Both the position numbers and the translations under genes were made by a program. From Squalus acanthias (Eukaryota), in contig CM059433.1 in NCBI GenBank assembly GCA_030390025.1, positions 9,798,001 to 9,862,000 on the forward strand: 64,000 nt of DNA. The letters are read 5' to 3'. The notes beneath the pieces were generated by a model. That model was given only the letters and a program-made list of their open reading frames with translations. It had not been told where the DNA came from and searched no databases. Below are positions 25,243-36,513 of this stretch, piece by piece. Every line of letters begins with the position of its first letter. Within the stretch, counting starts at the first letter, position 1.

Positions 25243-26856
25243 GACTGCGATTTCACCGACCGAGGCGGGTCCGGGGCGGCCGGGGTCGGTGTCGCGGTCC
25301 CAGCCCGCTGCCTACTGCAGCCCGCACTCTCCAAGTGACTTTACATTAATTGGGCTTGTTGAGCCCCGCCCTGCGAGGCTCCCGGCCAATTCATAGGAAG
25401 CGGGTCTGATGACGTCACTTGATGACGCGTCATCAGCCGGTTTCCTTAAAAGGAACCACGGCCACATTCATTTTGACAGTTGTGCTGTCAGTGTTCTACA
25501 GCATTGAGGTGCTGCAAACACTGACAAACACTGCACAAAGGTGCACGGCTGCACCCAGGCTCTCCCATGATTCCCTCCATATGCTTATGGAAGGAGTCTC
25601 AGCACGCAGGGAGGTTCTCTTCCCTTCCAATGGGTGGAAGAGACCTCCCCAGGAGATCAACGCAGCCTGGTTGCACATTGCACAGGAGGGCACAAGCAGG
25701 GATGTCGCCAGGAGGACCAGGCTGCAGTGGCGCAAACGTTTCAATGAACCCAGTAGATCACGAAACGTTACTGCCAAGCCACACTCGACCTCATCCTGCT
25801 GTGCCTCTCATCACATCCCCATCACTTTGCCTTCCCTACCTTACTCCTGCACATCCTTACTCACACCAACTTACCTTGCACCTCCACCCATCCCTCCCTA
25901 TCTACATTATCACTTCCCCATCTCACTAGTCACCCCTCACACTCACCCTCATCCTAACAACACACAAGGGTAGGCATTTGGGTGGTTTAGCCAATGATCA
26001 TGTGAAGTTGCTGGTAATGTGCTGTCAAACATTGAAACCTTTATTTTCAGCACTTTGCGTTCTTGGACAGATTTGTGTGCACCTTTCGAAGTGTCTTAGT
26101 GAGTTCCCCCCCACCCCCACCCCGCAATGGTGATGAGTGTGAAAGGAATGGCTTGGGCCTTGTAGGGATGCCTTATGGTGCTGGTGTGGGGTGGTGCCAA
26201 CCTGGCTCATCATTTGGCATCCAGGGTGTACAGCATCAAGTGAAGTAAATCTGGCCATGGTGAGGCCATCCCTGGCCTCCCGGGCAGCAATGTGGTCGGG
26301 TGCTGATGCCCTGTGTCCTGTGCAGCATCAGGTGATTGCGGAGAAGGCTGGTGTTGTTGTTGGTGCTGCTGGTGTGCCTGGTGCTGCTGGTGTTGCGACT
26401 GATCGTGGTGGGATTCTGAGGACCAAGGTGAGATATTTTCAAGGGCACCGATGCTGATCGAATCGATGGCAGGTGAGGTCAGAAGCGATCTGTCAATGGT
26501 GAGAGAGGTTGTTCCAAGGAGGTGGCAGTGGATAGAGATTCAATGCTGAGTCAGTCCACTCACGACATGCTGAGCTGACGTGTTCCCCGAGCAGCGGGTA
26601 ACCCGTGGGGGAACACGTAAAATTGAAATGCAGGCTTAAAATAACCGTTAATTGGATGTTGACCACCCATTTAATGATGTGAATTGCCTCCCCCGCCGCT
26701 TGGTGTTGGGTCAGTTCTGCGCCGAGAGACCTGACACCTGGGAGATTCGTGTGGAGGCGGGTTGACTGCGGGGTCCCTTCCCGCTGTCAATCTTTGCTAT
26801 TTTGAGAGCGGACCCGCCTCCGAACCAGCCCTCTGAGCGCCGGCAAAATTCAGCCC
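25243..26856. mobile_element. Internally deleted Harbinger of a second family (D) with Myb and transposase remnants
   Basis: TCA flanks at 25240-25242 and 26857-26859. Right TIR AAAATTCAGCCC. Myb/SANT-like peptide on +. IAAREARDGLTMARFT (transposase C-terminus-like) on - at ~26245-26295. Confidence 0.7.
25545..25766 (+). pseudogene. Harbinger Myb/SANT-like exon remnant
   Basis: APRLSHDSLHMLMEGVSARREVLFP...WLHIAQEGTSR...RTRLQWRKRFNE parallels AQRFSERALGALVGAVERR..LYP...WREVAQHVSSR...RTHVQCRKKFND at 39.5-39.7 kb. Confidence 0.75.
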
Positions 26857-26944
26857 TCAGTTTATTTTGGGAGAAGCTCTTTCTTCCTTATTCTTGCGAT
26901 TAATCGAACCTGACAAGAGATTCTTTCATAAGATTAAAACAAGG

Positions 26945-27766
26945 TGGGGGGGTGGAATTTTAACCCCAAAAAACGGATGGTTTGGGGTCGGGTGGGAGGT
27001 TAAAGTGTTAAAAAACTTCCGGTTTAAACGGAGGCGGGACAGGGGGCGGGGCAGCCAGCCTTTACACTGACCTCCTGAATCCAGCGTCCCTGCCTAACCC
27101 AACCCCCACGAACAGAGACCCACCCAGGAGGCTGCTGATCCCCACCCCCCACTCCGAGGCCTTCGATTACCCCACGCAGGCCTCCGATCCCCACCCCCCA
27201 CTCCGAGGCCTCCGATCCCCACCCCCCCACTCCGAGGCCTCCGATCCCCACCCCCCCACTCCGAGGTCTCCGATTACCCCACGCAGGCCTCCGATTGCTT
27301 CCCTGGCCTCCCACTCATCCCCCCCGATTGTTCTCCAGGCTGGCCCCGTTCACTCCCTCCCTCCCCCAACCACCCCGGCCCCAGATGTTTTCTCCCTCCT
27401 CCCTCCACCCGATCCCCCTCCCCGGCCCCTGATGTGCTCTCCCTGCTCCCCCGATCACCTCCCTGGCCCCCAATATTCTCTCCCTCCCCACCCCCCCCCG
27501 GCCCCCGATGTTTTCTGCCTCCGGCCCTCGACCAGCCCCCGGCCCCTACCCAATCCCTCCCTCCCTCCTCTCTGCGGCCTAATGCCGCAGGCCTACCCAC
27601 CCGCAGCCAGCCAGCCACTCTATCTGGCTGGATGCGGGTGGGAAACAGAGGTTTCAAATGCAAATCAGGCCCTGCTGTTAAATTCGCCTGTGGGAGACCC
27701 GTTCTCCCAGGTTTCTTGCCCGCTTCCAAGCCCACCCCCCACCGCCTCCCGATTAAAATCCCAGCC
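26945..27766. mobile_element. GC-skewed MITE-like element containing a compound minisatellite
   Basis: Ends GGTGGAATTTTAA...TTAAAATCCCAGCC. Subterminal GGGGTCGGGTGGGAGG / CCCACCCCCCACCGCCTCCC. Confidence 0.55.
27135..27296. repeat. Compound minisatellite A-B-A-A-A-B
   Basis: A=CCGATCCCCACCCCCC(C)ACTCCGAGGCCT (28-29 bp); B=CCGATTACCCCACGCAGGCCT (21 bp). Confidence 0.85.
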
Positions 27767-27883
27767 AAAATTTCTATTTTCCACACAAGCCATTTTTATG
27801 GTCTGTAAGTGAATTTGTCCCAATTGTTGTTAAAGTATGCGGCATCCTGGTGCTGTGGGCTCGTATCCACTAGAAAGTACGAT

Positions 27884-28156
27884 GGGCTGGATTTTGATAC
27901 TGGGGTGGGTTGGGGTCGTGTCATCCGCATTTCATGTTATCCACCCGCCTGAAATTGGATGTGGGAGATTGATGCAATTTTCACTTAATTGGGCAATTGA
28001 GTTCCAGCATGTGGGAACCCATGAACCAATTAGTGGTTTCAGTCTGAAAGTCGCCTCTGATGATGTCATCATTGTAGGTAAGAGACTTCCTGGTCTGGTC
28101 TCAGAGATTGCCTGGTCTTTGCTGTGAGAGGACCTGGATGCAAAATGCAGCATCTC

Positions 28157-28191
<35 letters not shown>

Positions 28192-28649
28192 TTTTTCCAT
28201 CCAGGTCCTCTCACAGCAAAGGCCAGGCAGTCTCTGAAGACATTCAATGCAGCAGCATCAGAGGCGACTTTCAGACCTAATACTAAGACTACCTTCATCA
28301 CATCTCCGTTGTAATAGTGGACCTGCAGCTGATAGTCAGCTATCCACTTGTGCTCCCGCCAGGTTTCACTGGCGTGTTTCACATCAGGCGTGCTTCACGT
28401 CAGAAAAGGGTTAAACTAGCTAAAACGTTTCAAAATGGCATTACAGAGCCAATTTAGGGCTTGTTAAGGGCTTTAATGGCCTCTCCCGCCTCTTGGAGGC
28501 GGGATGGAGTCGGGAACACCGCACACGATTTTATCAAAATTGCGTGGAGGCGGGTTGGAGGCGGGATGGGGTCGGGACCCCTGAATCTGCAACTTTAACC
28601 CCCCACACGCCTCCAAACCCGACTCCACGGGTCATTGAAAATCCAGCCC
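27884..28649. mobile_element. Harbinger-type MITE, family C copy 2
   Basis: GGGCTGGATTTT...AAAATCCAGCCC. Flanks GAT/AAT. (GA)n at ~28159-28188. Colinear with 1709-2503. Confidence 0.82.
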
Positions 28650-29869
28650 AATGAGTCTGCCCAGAGTCCTGAAGCCAATTTGAAAAATGGGTTGAAATAA
28701 TGGTCTGGCACTTAAGCCTTCAACGTGTGGGTGAGCTGGTACTGGAACAGACCATCGAGTGAAGTACAGCACAATTCCTGTTGCAATGCTAACAGTTGTG
28801 TGTTTGTGAGCAGGTCAAAATTAATTAGTAGATCAATGTGTTTCGCTGTATGATTCTGGGGCATCATTTTTGACCTACTTCGCCGGGCGGGAAACCCAAG
28901 GGCTCGGGTGGATCGCCGGTTTTACACCCCGCCCAATATTACCCTCCACTGAAACTCGGGTGGGGCACAACCAGGGTTTGCACTGATGTCGTCAGTTATG
29001 TGACGGGCGGGCTGGATTAAAATTCACCGTTTCTATTTTAGGTTAAGTGATAGGTCGTTATGAGAATCTGCACTAGTCAGTGATCAGCTCCCTTGGGAAA
29101 AATGCCTTGCAACAGGATTATTTATTTTCTGGTCATATAAGAGTAAACTTCAAAAATGTGTCCGAGGGACTCATTACAAAAACAAGTCAATTTTGAAGGA
29201 CAGAAACTGGAAGCTGTATTTATCCTGATTATTGTTGTCAATTTATTTTCAATCATCCATTTGTGGACCAGACATTGAGGGCAGTCAGAAGCACATCGAC
29301 GAACTAAACACAGGAGCTGATAGATTTGCAATCCTTCTTGGAATTGCATGGCCTTAGCTCATCAAGAACCTCAAGTGTTGAAGGTTGGGTTGTCAGAATA
29401 CATTTATCATTATCCCAGATTTATTTAACAGATGCAGGGAGAACTGAAGTCTATTCCAAATATTGTCGTCTTATATAGCTCTCTGCTAGCTTAATTGCCT
29501 GATGTGTTGCCACTGCATGTCCTGACATGGAAGTAGGATAAATGTCCTTCTTCCGAGAGCTACAGAGCAGGTTTTAGCCTCCAAGGGCTGATTGAAAAAT
29601 CTGACTAATACGTCCTACAATGGGACATAAACTGTCAGGTCTGTTGAAGGTCTAATCTGTTAGGTCAACTGATTCATCAAGGTCCTGCAAAAGTTCTTCA
29701 GAACAACCTTAGGAAACTTCCAGTGCTTTATATTGTAAATGCTGGTGTGTTTGAGTCAAGTGACATACATTGCTGGTATGTTTTCTTATCTTCCTCCTTA
29801 TCTCCTGACAGTTGATGTGCCTTAATTTTTGTTTTTCTAAACTGGTTGAAACAAGATATGAAATAACAT

Positions 29870-31497
29870 TATATTCTGCACTCCTGGCTGGCCTCCCACA
29901 TTCCACCCTTCGTAAACTTGAGGTGATCTAACACTCGGCTTCTTCTTCTTAAGCGGTCCCTCGGAACCGAGCATGACTTGCTTCCACATTAAAAATGATT
30001 TTCTCGGGTGACTGATGAGTCCAATGCGGGACCTACAGTCTCTGTCACAGGTGGGGCAGACGGTGGTTGAAGGGGCGGGTGGGTGCGGTACTTGGGTTGA
30101 CGTGCGCTCCTTCCGCTGCTTGTGCTTGGTTTCCGCTTGCTCCCGACAAAGAGACTCGAGGTGTTCGGCGCCTTCTCGGATGCTTCTCCTCCACTTTGTG
30201 CGGTCTTGGGCCAGGGGTTCCCAGGTGTCGGTGGGGATGTTGTACTTTTTCAAGGAGGCTTTGAGGGTGTCCTTGAAGCGTTTCCTTTTGCCGTGTCGGA
30301 GCTCCGAGTAGAGCGCTTGTTTTGGGAGTCTCGTATCGGGCATGTGGATGATGTGACCCGTCCATCGGAGCTGATCGAGCGTGGTCAAAGCTTCGATGCT
30401 GGGGATGTTGGCCTGAGCGAGAACACTGACGTTGGTGCGCCTATCCTGCCAATGGATTGGCAGGATCTTGTGGAGGCAGCGTTGGTGGTACCTCTCCAGT
30501 GCTTTGAGGTGCCTGCTGTACATGGTCCATGTCTCTGAGGCATACAGGAGGGCGGGTATCATTACTGCTCTGTAGACCATGAGCTTGGTGCCAGGTTTGA
30601 GGTCCTAGTCTTCAAACACTCTCTTCCTCAGGTGACCGAAGGCTGCACTGGCACACTGAAGGCGGTGTTGGACTTCATCATTGACGTCTGCCCTTGTTGA
30701 CAGTAGGCTCCTGAGGTGTGGAAAGTGGTCCACGTTGTCCAAGGCCTCGTCGTGGATTTTGCTAATCGGGGGGCAGTACTGTGTGGCGGGGGTAGGTTAG
30801 TAGAGGACCTTTGTCTTACGAATGTTTAGTGTAAGGCCCATGCTCTTGTACGCTTCAGTGAAGGTTTTAACGATGGTTTGGAGTTTGACCTCCAAGTGAG
30901 CGCAGACGCAAGCATTGTCTGCATACTGTAATTCGACGACAGAGGATGGGACGACCTTGGATCTGGACTGGAGGTCATCCAAAACCCGGCTGCCCGTGTC
31001 CTAACTCGCACCAAGTCCCGTTCGCCCATCTCCGCTGTCCTCGCTGACCTACATTGGCTCCCGGTTAAGCAGCGCCTCGATTTCAAAATTCTCATCCTTG
31101 TTTTCAAATCCCTCCATGGCCTCGCCCCTCCCTATCTCTGTAATCTCCTTCAGCCCCACAACCCCCCGAGATATCTGCGCTCCTCTAATTCTGTCCACTT
31201 GAGCATCTCTGATTATAATTGCTCAACCATTGGTGGCCGTGCCTTCTGTTGCCTAGGCCCTAAGCTCTGGAATTCCCTGCCTAAACCTCTCCGCCTCGCT
31301 ACCTCTCATTCCTCCTTTAAGATCCTCCTTAAAACCTACCTCTTTGACCAAGCTTTTGGTCACCTGCCCTAATTTATCCTTATGTAGTTCGGTGTCAAAT
31401 TTTTTTTGCTGTCTTAAATTACTCCTGTGCAGCGCCTTGGGACATTTTACTACGTTAAAGGCGCTATATAAATACAAGTTGTTGTTGTTGTTGTTGC
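29870..31497 (+). mobile_element. L2 LINE 3' portion split by an RTE insertion
   Basis: CTCCTGGCTGGCCTCCCACATTCCACC (29881) resumes as GAGGTCATCCAAAACCCGGCTGCCCGTGTCC (30971) and runs to a (GTT)n tail. Confidence 0.88.
29941..30970 (-). mobile_element. RTE-clade LINE 3' portion
   Basis: ELQYADN (degenerate YADD), GLTLNIRKTKV, VYRAVMIPALLYASETW, CPTCDRDC..RIGLISH. (AAG)n tail. Diverged 21-bp target duplication at 29920-29940 and 30971-30991. Confidence 0.92.
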
Positions 31498-31529
31498 TAT
31501 TTTAAAAACAGCCAATCAGAAGAGATTTA

Positions 31530-32965
31530 AGCCCCAATTTGAAAGTGGGGCGGGAATTGTGGGCGTGGAAGGTCGAAGCGGGCAGCGATCCCTCCGGCCT
31601 CTTGGATGGTGACACCTGGGAAATTATAACTCCCCAGGCCTCATTTTAATGTTCCCTCACTGAGTCCCGCCTGAAGCTGGCGGGGATGGCTGCAGGGACT
31701 GGCGGGCAGGAGCAGAAAACTCGTGTGGCTGCAGGCCGTCGCCGGGGACCCAGGGAAACGCAACCCCGGCAAGGTCTGTGAGGGAGGGGAGTGCGGGGGG
31801 GGGGCGGTTGTTTCAGGATGATCGTGGCCAGGAGAGGAGGGAGGAAGCTGTGGACTGAGGACTCCTGCTCTACCTGGCCCACAAGGAACCTCACAAGAAT
31901 TAAAAAAGATTAAAAAGCTTACCTTGGCCTCTTCTGGCCTGATCCTGCTTGCCGCCTGCTTTTGTTGCCAGCCCCGGGACTGTGTGGGCCTTAGTTGACA
32001 TTACGGGCTGGAATTTACTCACCGAGACGAGTTGGGGGCGGGATTGCTGCCTTCCGGGTTCTAGTCCCACCCCCAGCGACGTCTGACGAACAGACGCTAT
32101 TTTACCCTGATTGGCCTTGTTAAGCCCGCCCTTGCCGGCCAATTAAGGGAATGCCATTGTCAGATGACGTCAGTTGATGAACCTTCATCTGCCGGTTTTC
32201 TTAAAGGCTCATGCACCACACTTGTTTGACAGATGATTTGACAGTGTTTGACAGCATTGAGGGGCTGCCAAACACTGACAATCCCTGTCCAAAGGTGAGC
32301 CCTTGCTCCCGGGCTCTCCAATTACTCTCTCCTTAGGATAAAACAGATGGCAGCTGCAGCTGAGATTACAGAAGCCATCTGTCACTTCTCCTGATGAGAT
32401 GAGGCTACACAAACACTTCACAGCTTGTCACCTGCAGAAACATCTAATCACAATAAAAATAACTTTCAGAACATTTCCTTACCTCTGATACTAACCAGTG
32501 TCCCATTGCATCCTTCACACCACTCCTGCAGCTGTCATCCAAACACCAACATAACAACAGACCCACAGCACGCCTCAGTTACCCTGGCGGGGTTTCCCGA
32601 CGTTGGGAAGCCTGCAGCAGCAGTCGAAAAATTGGGAAAAGCTTCTTAACTGCCTGTTGGCAGCGGGTTCTGGACCCACTCCCATTCTTTTAGACTTTCC
32701 CAGCAGTCCCGCCTCCAAACCTGCCTCCCCAGGGCTGGTAAAATCCAGCCCTACGTGCGCGTTGCAATGATGTCATTGGCCTGGGACTTTGCCTTTGTAA
32801 TTAGGCCCCTGCTTGTCTGGGGCGGGTGGCTGTCCTGAAGCCAGATAAAATAGCGTGCGGCACAAATGGTTTGGGAATGGAACTGGAAGTTCCAAAACCC
32901 AATTTTAACCCCCCCCTCCACCGTGGTGCTCTGCCCCAATGGGCGGGCTCGGTTAAAATCGTACC
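31530..32965. mobile_element. Old GC-rich MITE-like element hosting a nested MITE
   Basis: GC-rich block with degenerate ends (GCCCCAATTTGAA / TTAAAATCGTACC). Sequence is continuous across the TAC TSD of the inner element. Confidence 0.4.
32005..32751. mobile_element. Harbinger-type MITE related to family D
   Basis: TIR GGGCTGGAATTTAC...GTAAAATCCAGCCC. Exact TAC TSD at 32002-32004 and 32752-32754. Shares the GGCCAATT...GATGACGTCA..GATGA...GCCGGTTT..TTAAAGG block with 25385-25455. Confidence 0.85.
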
Positions 32966-33544
32966 TTTATGTATGAGTCCTGGCGGAAGAATCATTTGCT
33001 TCAAGTGAATTACGATTTGTTTGACTTCTGCTACGTTATAAACCATGGCATAACAATAACATCACATATGTATTAATAAGTTGTCTTGACAACAGTATTT
33101 CATGATAAAATCGTACTTGATCTTTCAGACTCACCCACACGCCTATTTATGAAGCTTACTGTATGCTTGACATTCCAATTTTTTAATATTTTTGAGAACA
33201 CGGTTTTATTTATTAGGACTTCATTACTCTGCCTGTGGATCTGTACAGAAATGTTATCTTTAATTAGAACATATTTGAAGGTTCAAAGTGATATATGACT
33301 TGTTCTAATAGTGCACACCACTCAAGAAGTACAAGTGAGACGTAAGCTACTTTAGACAAGTTAAATATTGCTGCCTGATAATTAATTTTCTCTCCCAGTT
33401 AAGAGATGTAGAAACATTTCTCCAGGAGATAGTCTATTCATGCACTAACCTACACACATAATGAAAATTTGTCATGAGAATTGGACTACAAAAAACCCAG
33501 CTTCTCTGTTGAACTGCAGACTTTCAATCCCATTAATGTGGCTG

Positions 33545-33797
33545 GAATGTGACTCCAGACCCACAGCAATGTGGTTGACTCGTTAACTGCCCTCTGAAAT
33601 GAATTGCCCGGGCAAGCCCCTCAGTTGTACCAAACCGCTACAACAAAGTCAGCACTGTGTGGGAGTACCTTCACCGCACGGACTGCAGTGGTTCAAGGAG
33701 GCGGCTCACCACCACCTTTCTCGAGGGCAATTAGGGATGGGCAATAAATGCCGGCCTTGCCAGTGACGCCCACATCCCCTGAACAAATAAAAAAATA
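33545..33797 (+). mobile_element. SINE 3' part with an extended LINE-derived tail
   Basis: Body matches 5625-5697. AGCACTGTG..GGAGTACCTTCACCGCAC...GGGCAATTAGGGATGGGCAATAAATG matches the revcomp of 52675-52800. Confidence 0.75.
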
Positions 33798-33944
33798 AAA
33801 ATTGAGCCTAGATTTCTCTCCGTACCAATCTCCTTGAAGATATAGTGAGGGCGAAATAGCTTGGAAGGAAAGTGCATTTCCTCGGGGGTAACTCGTACAA
33901 AGTAGACAAAGGTCTCAGAGTGGACTCTCTTCTACTTCCTATTT

Positions 33945-35082
33945 ACATAGAATTACAAAGAATTTACAACACAGAAATAGGCCGTTCGGCCCAACAAGTC
34001 TTTGCTGGTGTTCGTGCTCCCCACGAGCTTCCTCCTACCCTCCTTCATCTCACCCCATCAACATATCATTCAATTCCTTTCTCCCTCATGTGTTTATCTA
34101 GCTTCCCTTTAAATGCACCTATACTATTCACCTCAGCTAGTCCATAGGGTAGCAAGTTCCACATTTTAACCACTATCTAGGTAAAGAAGTTTCTTCTGAA
34201 TTCCTCACTGGATTCATTAGTGGCTATCTTATTTTTGTGACCCCTAGTTTTGGACTCCCTCATAAGTGAAAACATCTTCTCTATGTCTACCTTATCAAAT
34301 CCCTTCATAATTTTAAAGACCTCGATCAGGTCAATCCTCAGCCTTCTCTTTCCAGAGAAAAGAGCCCCAGTCTGTTCAGTCTTTCCTGGTAGTTATAACC
34401 TCTCTGTTCTGGTATCATCCTTGTTAATCTTTTTTTGCACCTTCTCCAGTGCCTCTATATTCTTTACAGTGTCAGCTGTGGCTCAGTGGGTAGCACACTC
34501 GCCTCTGAGTCAGAAGGTTGTGGGTTCAAGTCCCACTCCAGGGACTTGTGCACATAAAGCTAGGCTGACACTCCCAGTGCAGTGCTGAGGGAGTGCTGCA
34601 CTGTCGGAGGTGCCGTCTTTCAGATGAGACGTTAAACCGAGGCCCCGTCTGCTCTCTCAGGTGGATGTAAAAGATCCCGTGGCTACTATTTTGAAGAAGA
34701 GCAGGGGAGTTATCCCTGGTGTCCTGGCCAATATTTATCCCTCAACCAACATCACTAAAACAGATTATCTGGTCATTATCACATTGCTGTTTGTGGGACC
34801 TTGCTGTGCGCAAATTGGCTGCCGCGTTTCCCTACATTACAACAGCGATTCCACTTCAAGAGTACTTCATTGGCTGTAAAGCACTTTGAGACGTCTGGTG
34901 GTCGTGAAAGGCGCTATATAAATGCAAGTTTTTCTTTCTTTCTTCTTCTTTCTTTTTGTAAGATGGAGACCAGAACTGTGCACAGTAACTCCAAGTGTGG
35001 TCTAACCAACGTTCGATACAAGTTTAACATAACTTCTCTGCTTTTCAATTCTGTTCCTCTGGAAATGAAGCCCAGTGCTTTA
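33945..35082 (-). mobile_element. CR1 LINE 3' fragment split by a SINE
   Basis: Revcomp of the same 3'UTR type as 1388-1495. GACCAGAACTGTGCACAGTAACTCCAAGTGTGGTCT at ~34968 is the HLEYCVQFWS region. Confidence 0.85.
34469..34955 (+). mobile_element. Deu-domain tRNA SINE, copy 2
   Basis: A/B boxes, Deu-like core and GGCGCTATATAAATGCAAGT tail as in copy 1. Confidence 0.88.
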
Positions 35083-35278
35083 GTCATTTAGATTGTAAAA
35101 CAGCTTGGGCTAAAAATTCAGTTGGTTGCGCCTCCCGTTAGCGCCTTAAGAGGGCGCTAATGGGGCGCAAAGCAGCTAGCGCCCGGGCGCAGCGATGTTT
35201 GCGCCGCTCGCGAACTTCACTAGACATTTTGCGGCGGCGCTAAACTTTATCGCCGCGGTCCCCTGCGCCCACGGATTG

Positions 35279-35423
35279 TGACGTCATACGAGAGTGCAAC
35301 GCCCTTGTGGCGCCCCGGAGCAGAAATTCAGTGGCGCCCCCATCCTTACCGCCTGGCGCATCTAACGACCGGTAGAGTGGAACGCTAACAATCGCTGTGG
35401 GGCTCGGGGGGACGCTATTTAAA
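35279..35423 (+). promoter_or_regulatory. Putative transposase promoter (CRE + TATA-like)
   Basis: TGACGTCA at 35279-35286 and TATTTAAA at 35416-35423. Both are retained in copy 2 (42127-42134; ~42266) and in the nested MITE. Confidence 0.5.
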
Positions 35424-35619
35424 GGGGGCCTCTTCCTGTCTTTCTCTGTGGTTGACATTTTTGCACCACTCGTTCTGAGAGAGAGAGAGAGATTCGGAGA
35501 GAGAGAGAGAGAGACTTGTGCATTGAGTCAACGCTGTGTGAGGTAGTTTTGGCTACTGATCCTAACTTCGCTGGTACTTTGGTTTCTGGCCTTCATAACT
35601 TTGCTTGCTAAGAGACTAT

Positions 35620-36512
35620 GGGGTAGAAATTAGGTCGCGCCCCATTTGGGGCGCAAATATCGTCCGGACGCAAATATTAGCGCCTGGCGCTAATTATCGG
35701 CACTGACGGGAAACTTCACTTTTACCGCCCCGGGAGGTGAGTGGAGCGCTAAAGCAGGCGCTGCACACCTCTCTTAAGGCGCAAAGGCCGAGCAGTGAGG
35801 CGCTAACTCGGAGCGCTGGCGAAGCTCATGTAATGTCAGTCAGCAATGGAACACACACACAATGGCACGGGCCAGTTCTTAAAGGGGATGGTTAATCTTG
35901 CTTTCCATCCACATCCTGTTCATTGCTGCCTTGAATCTCGGCCTGGAGAGACTTGCACATCAAATGTGCTGGAAAGAACAATGGAGAGCACCAGGCAAAG
36001 AGCTCAGAGTGCAGCTCCCACGGTCTCTGCTAAATCGATACAAGGAATGGCAAATCAAAATGAACCTGCAAAGTGCTGCTCAGTACCCAAAACTCCTTCA
36101 CACAACGTTGAATCTCTCCAGAAGTCTCTCCCTCTCTCTCTCAGAATGCGTAGTTCAAAAATGCCACCAACAATAAAAGACAGGAAGAGGCCCCCTTTAA
36201 ATAGCGCCCCCCCCAGCCCCACAGCGATTGATAGCGTTCCAGTCTTCTGGTCGTTGGAAGCGCCAGGCGGTAAGGCAGGGGGCGCCACTCAATTTCCGCT
36301 ACGGGGCGCCCTAAGGGCGTTGCACCATGGAATGACGTCACAATCTGCGCGCGCAGGTGGTCGCAGCGGTAAGTTTTAGCACCGCCGCACAATCTCAAGT
36401 TAAGTTCTCGAGCGGCGCAAACATCGCTGCGCCCGGCCGTTAGCGGCTTTGCGCCCCATTAGCGCCCTCTTAAGGCGCTAACGGGTGGCGCAACCAAGTG
36501 AATTTTTACCCC
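35620..36512 (-). mobile_element. Family A non-autonomous MITE (893 bp) nested, inverted, in its parent
   Basis: TIR GGGGTAGAAATT / AATTTTTACCCC. Exact TAT TSD at 35617-35619 and 36513-36515. Sequence consists of the parent's two ends joined. Confidence 0.93.
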
Positions 36513-36513
36513 T

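Noticed and set aside
27135..27296. CRISPR-like array
   Set aside because: Direct tandem units with no unique spacers, no cas genes, and a vertebrate context.
32083..32100. CTGACGAA as a fourth intact hammerhead
   Set aside because: No stem II or GAAA-NUH follows it.
35846..36379. 177-aa ORF across the MITE junction as a novel fusion protein
   Set aside because: The homologous frame in the 55-kb copy (55290-55646) shifts after the (GA)n tract, and most of it reads antisense UTR. Likely incidental.
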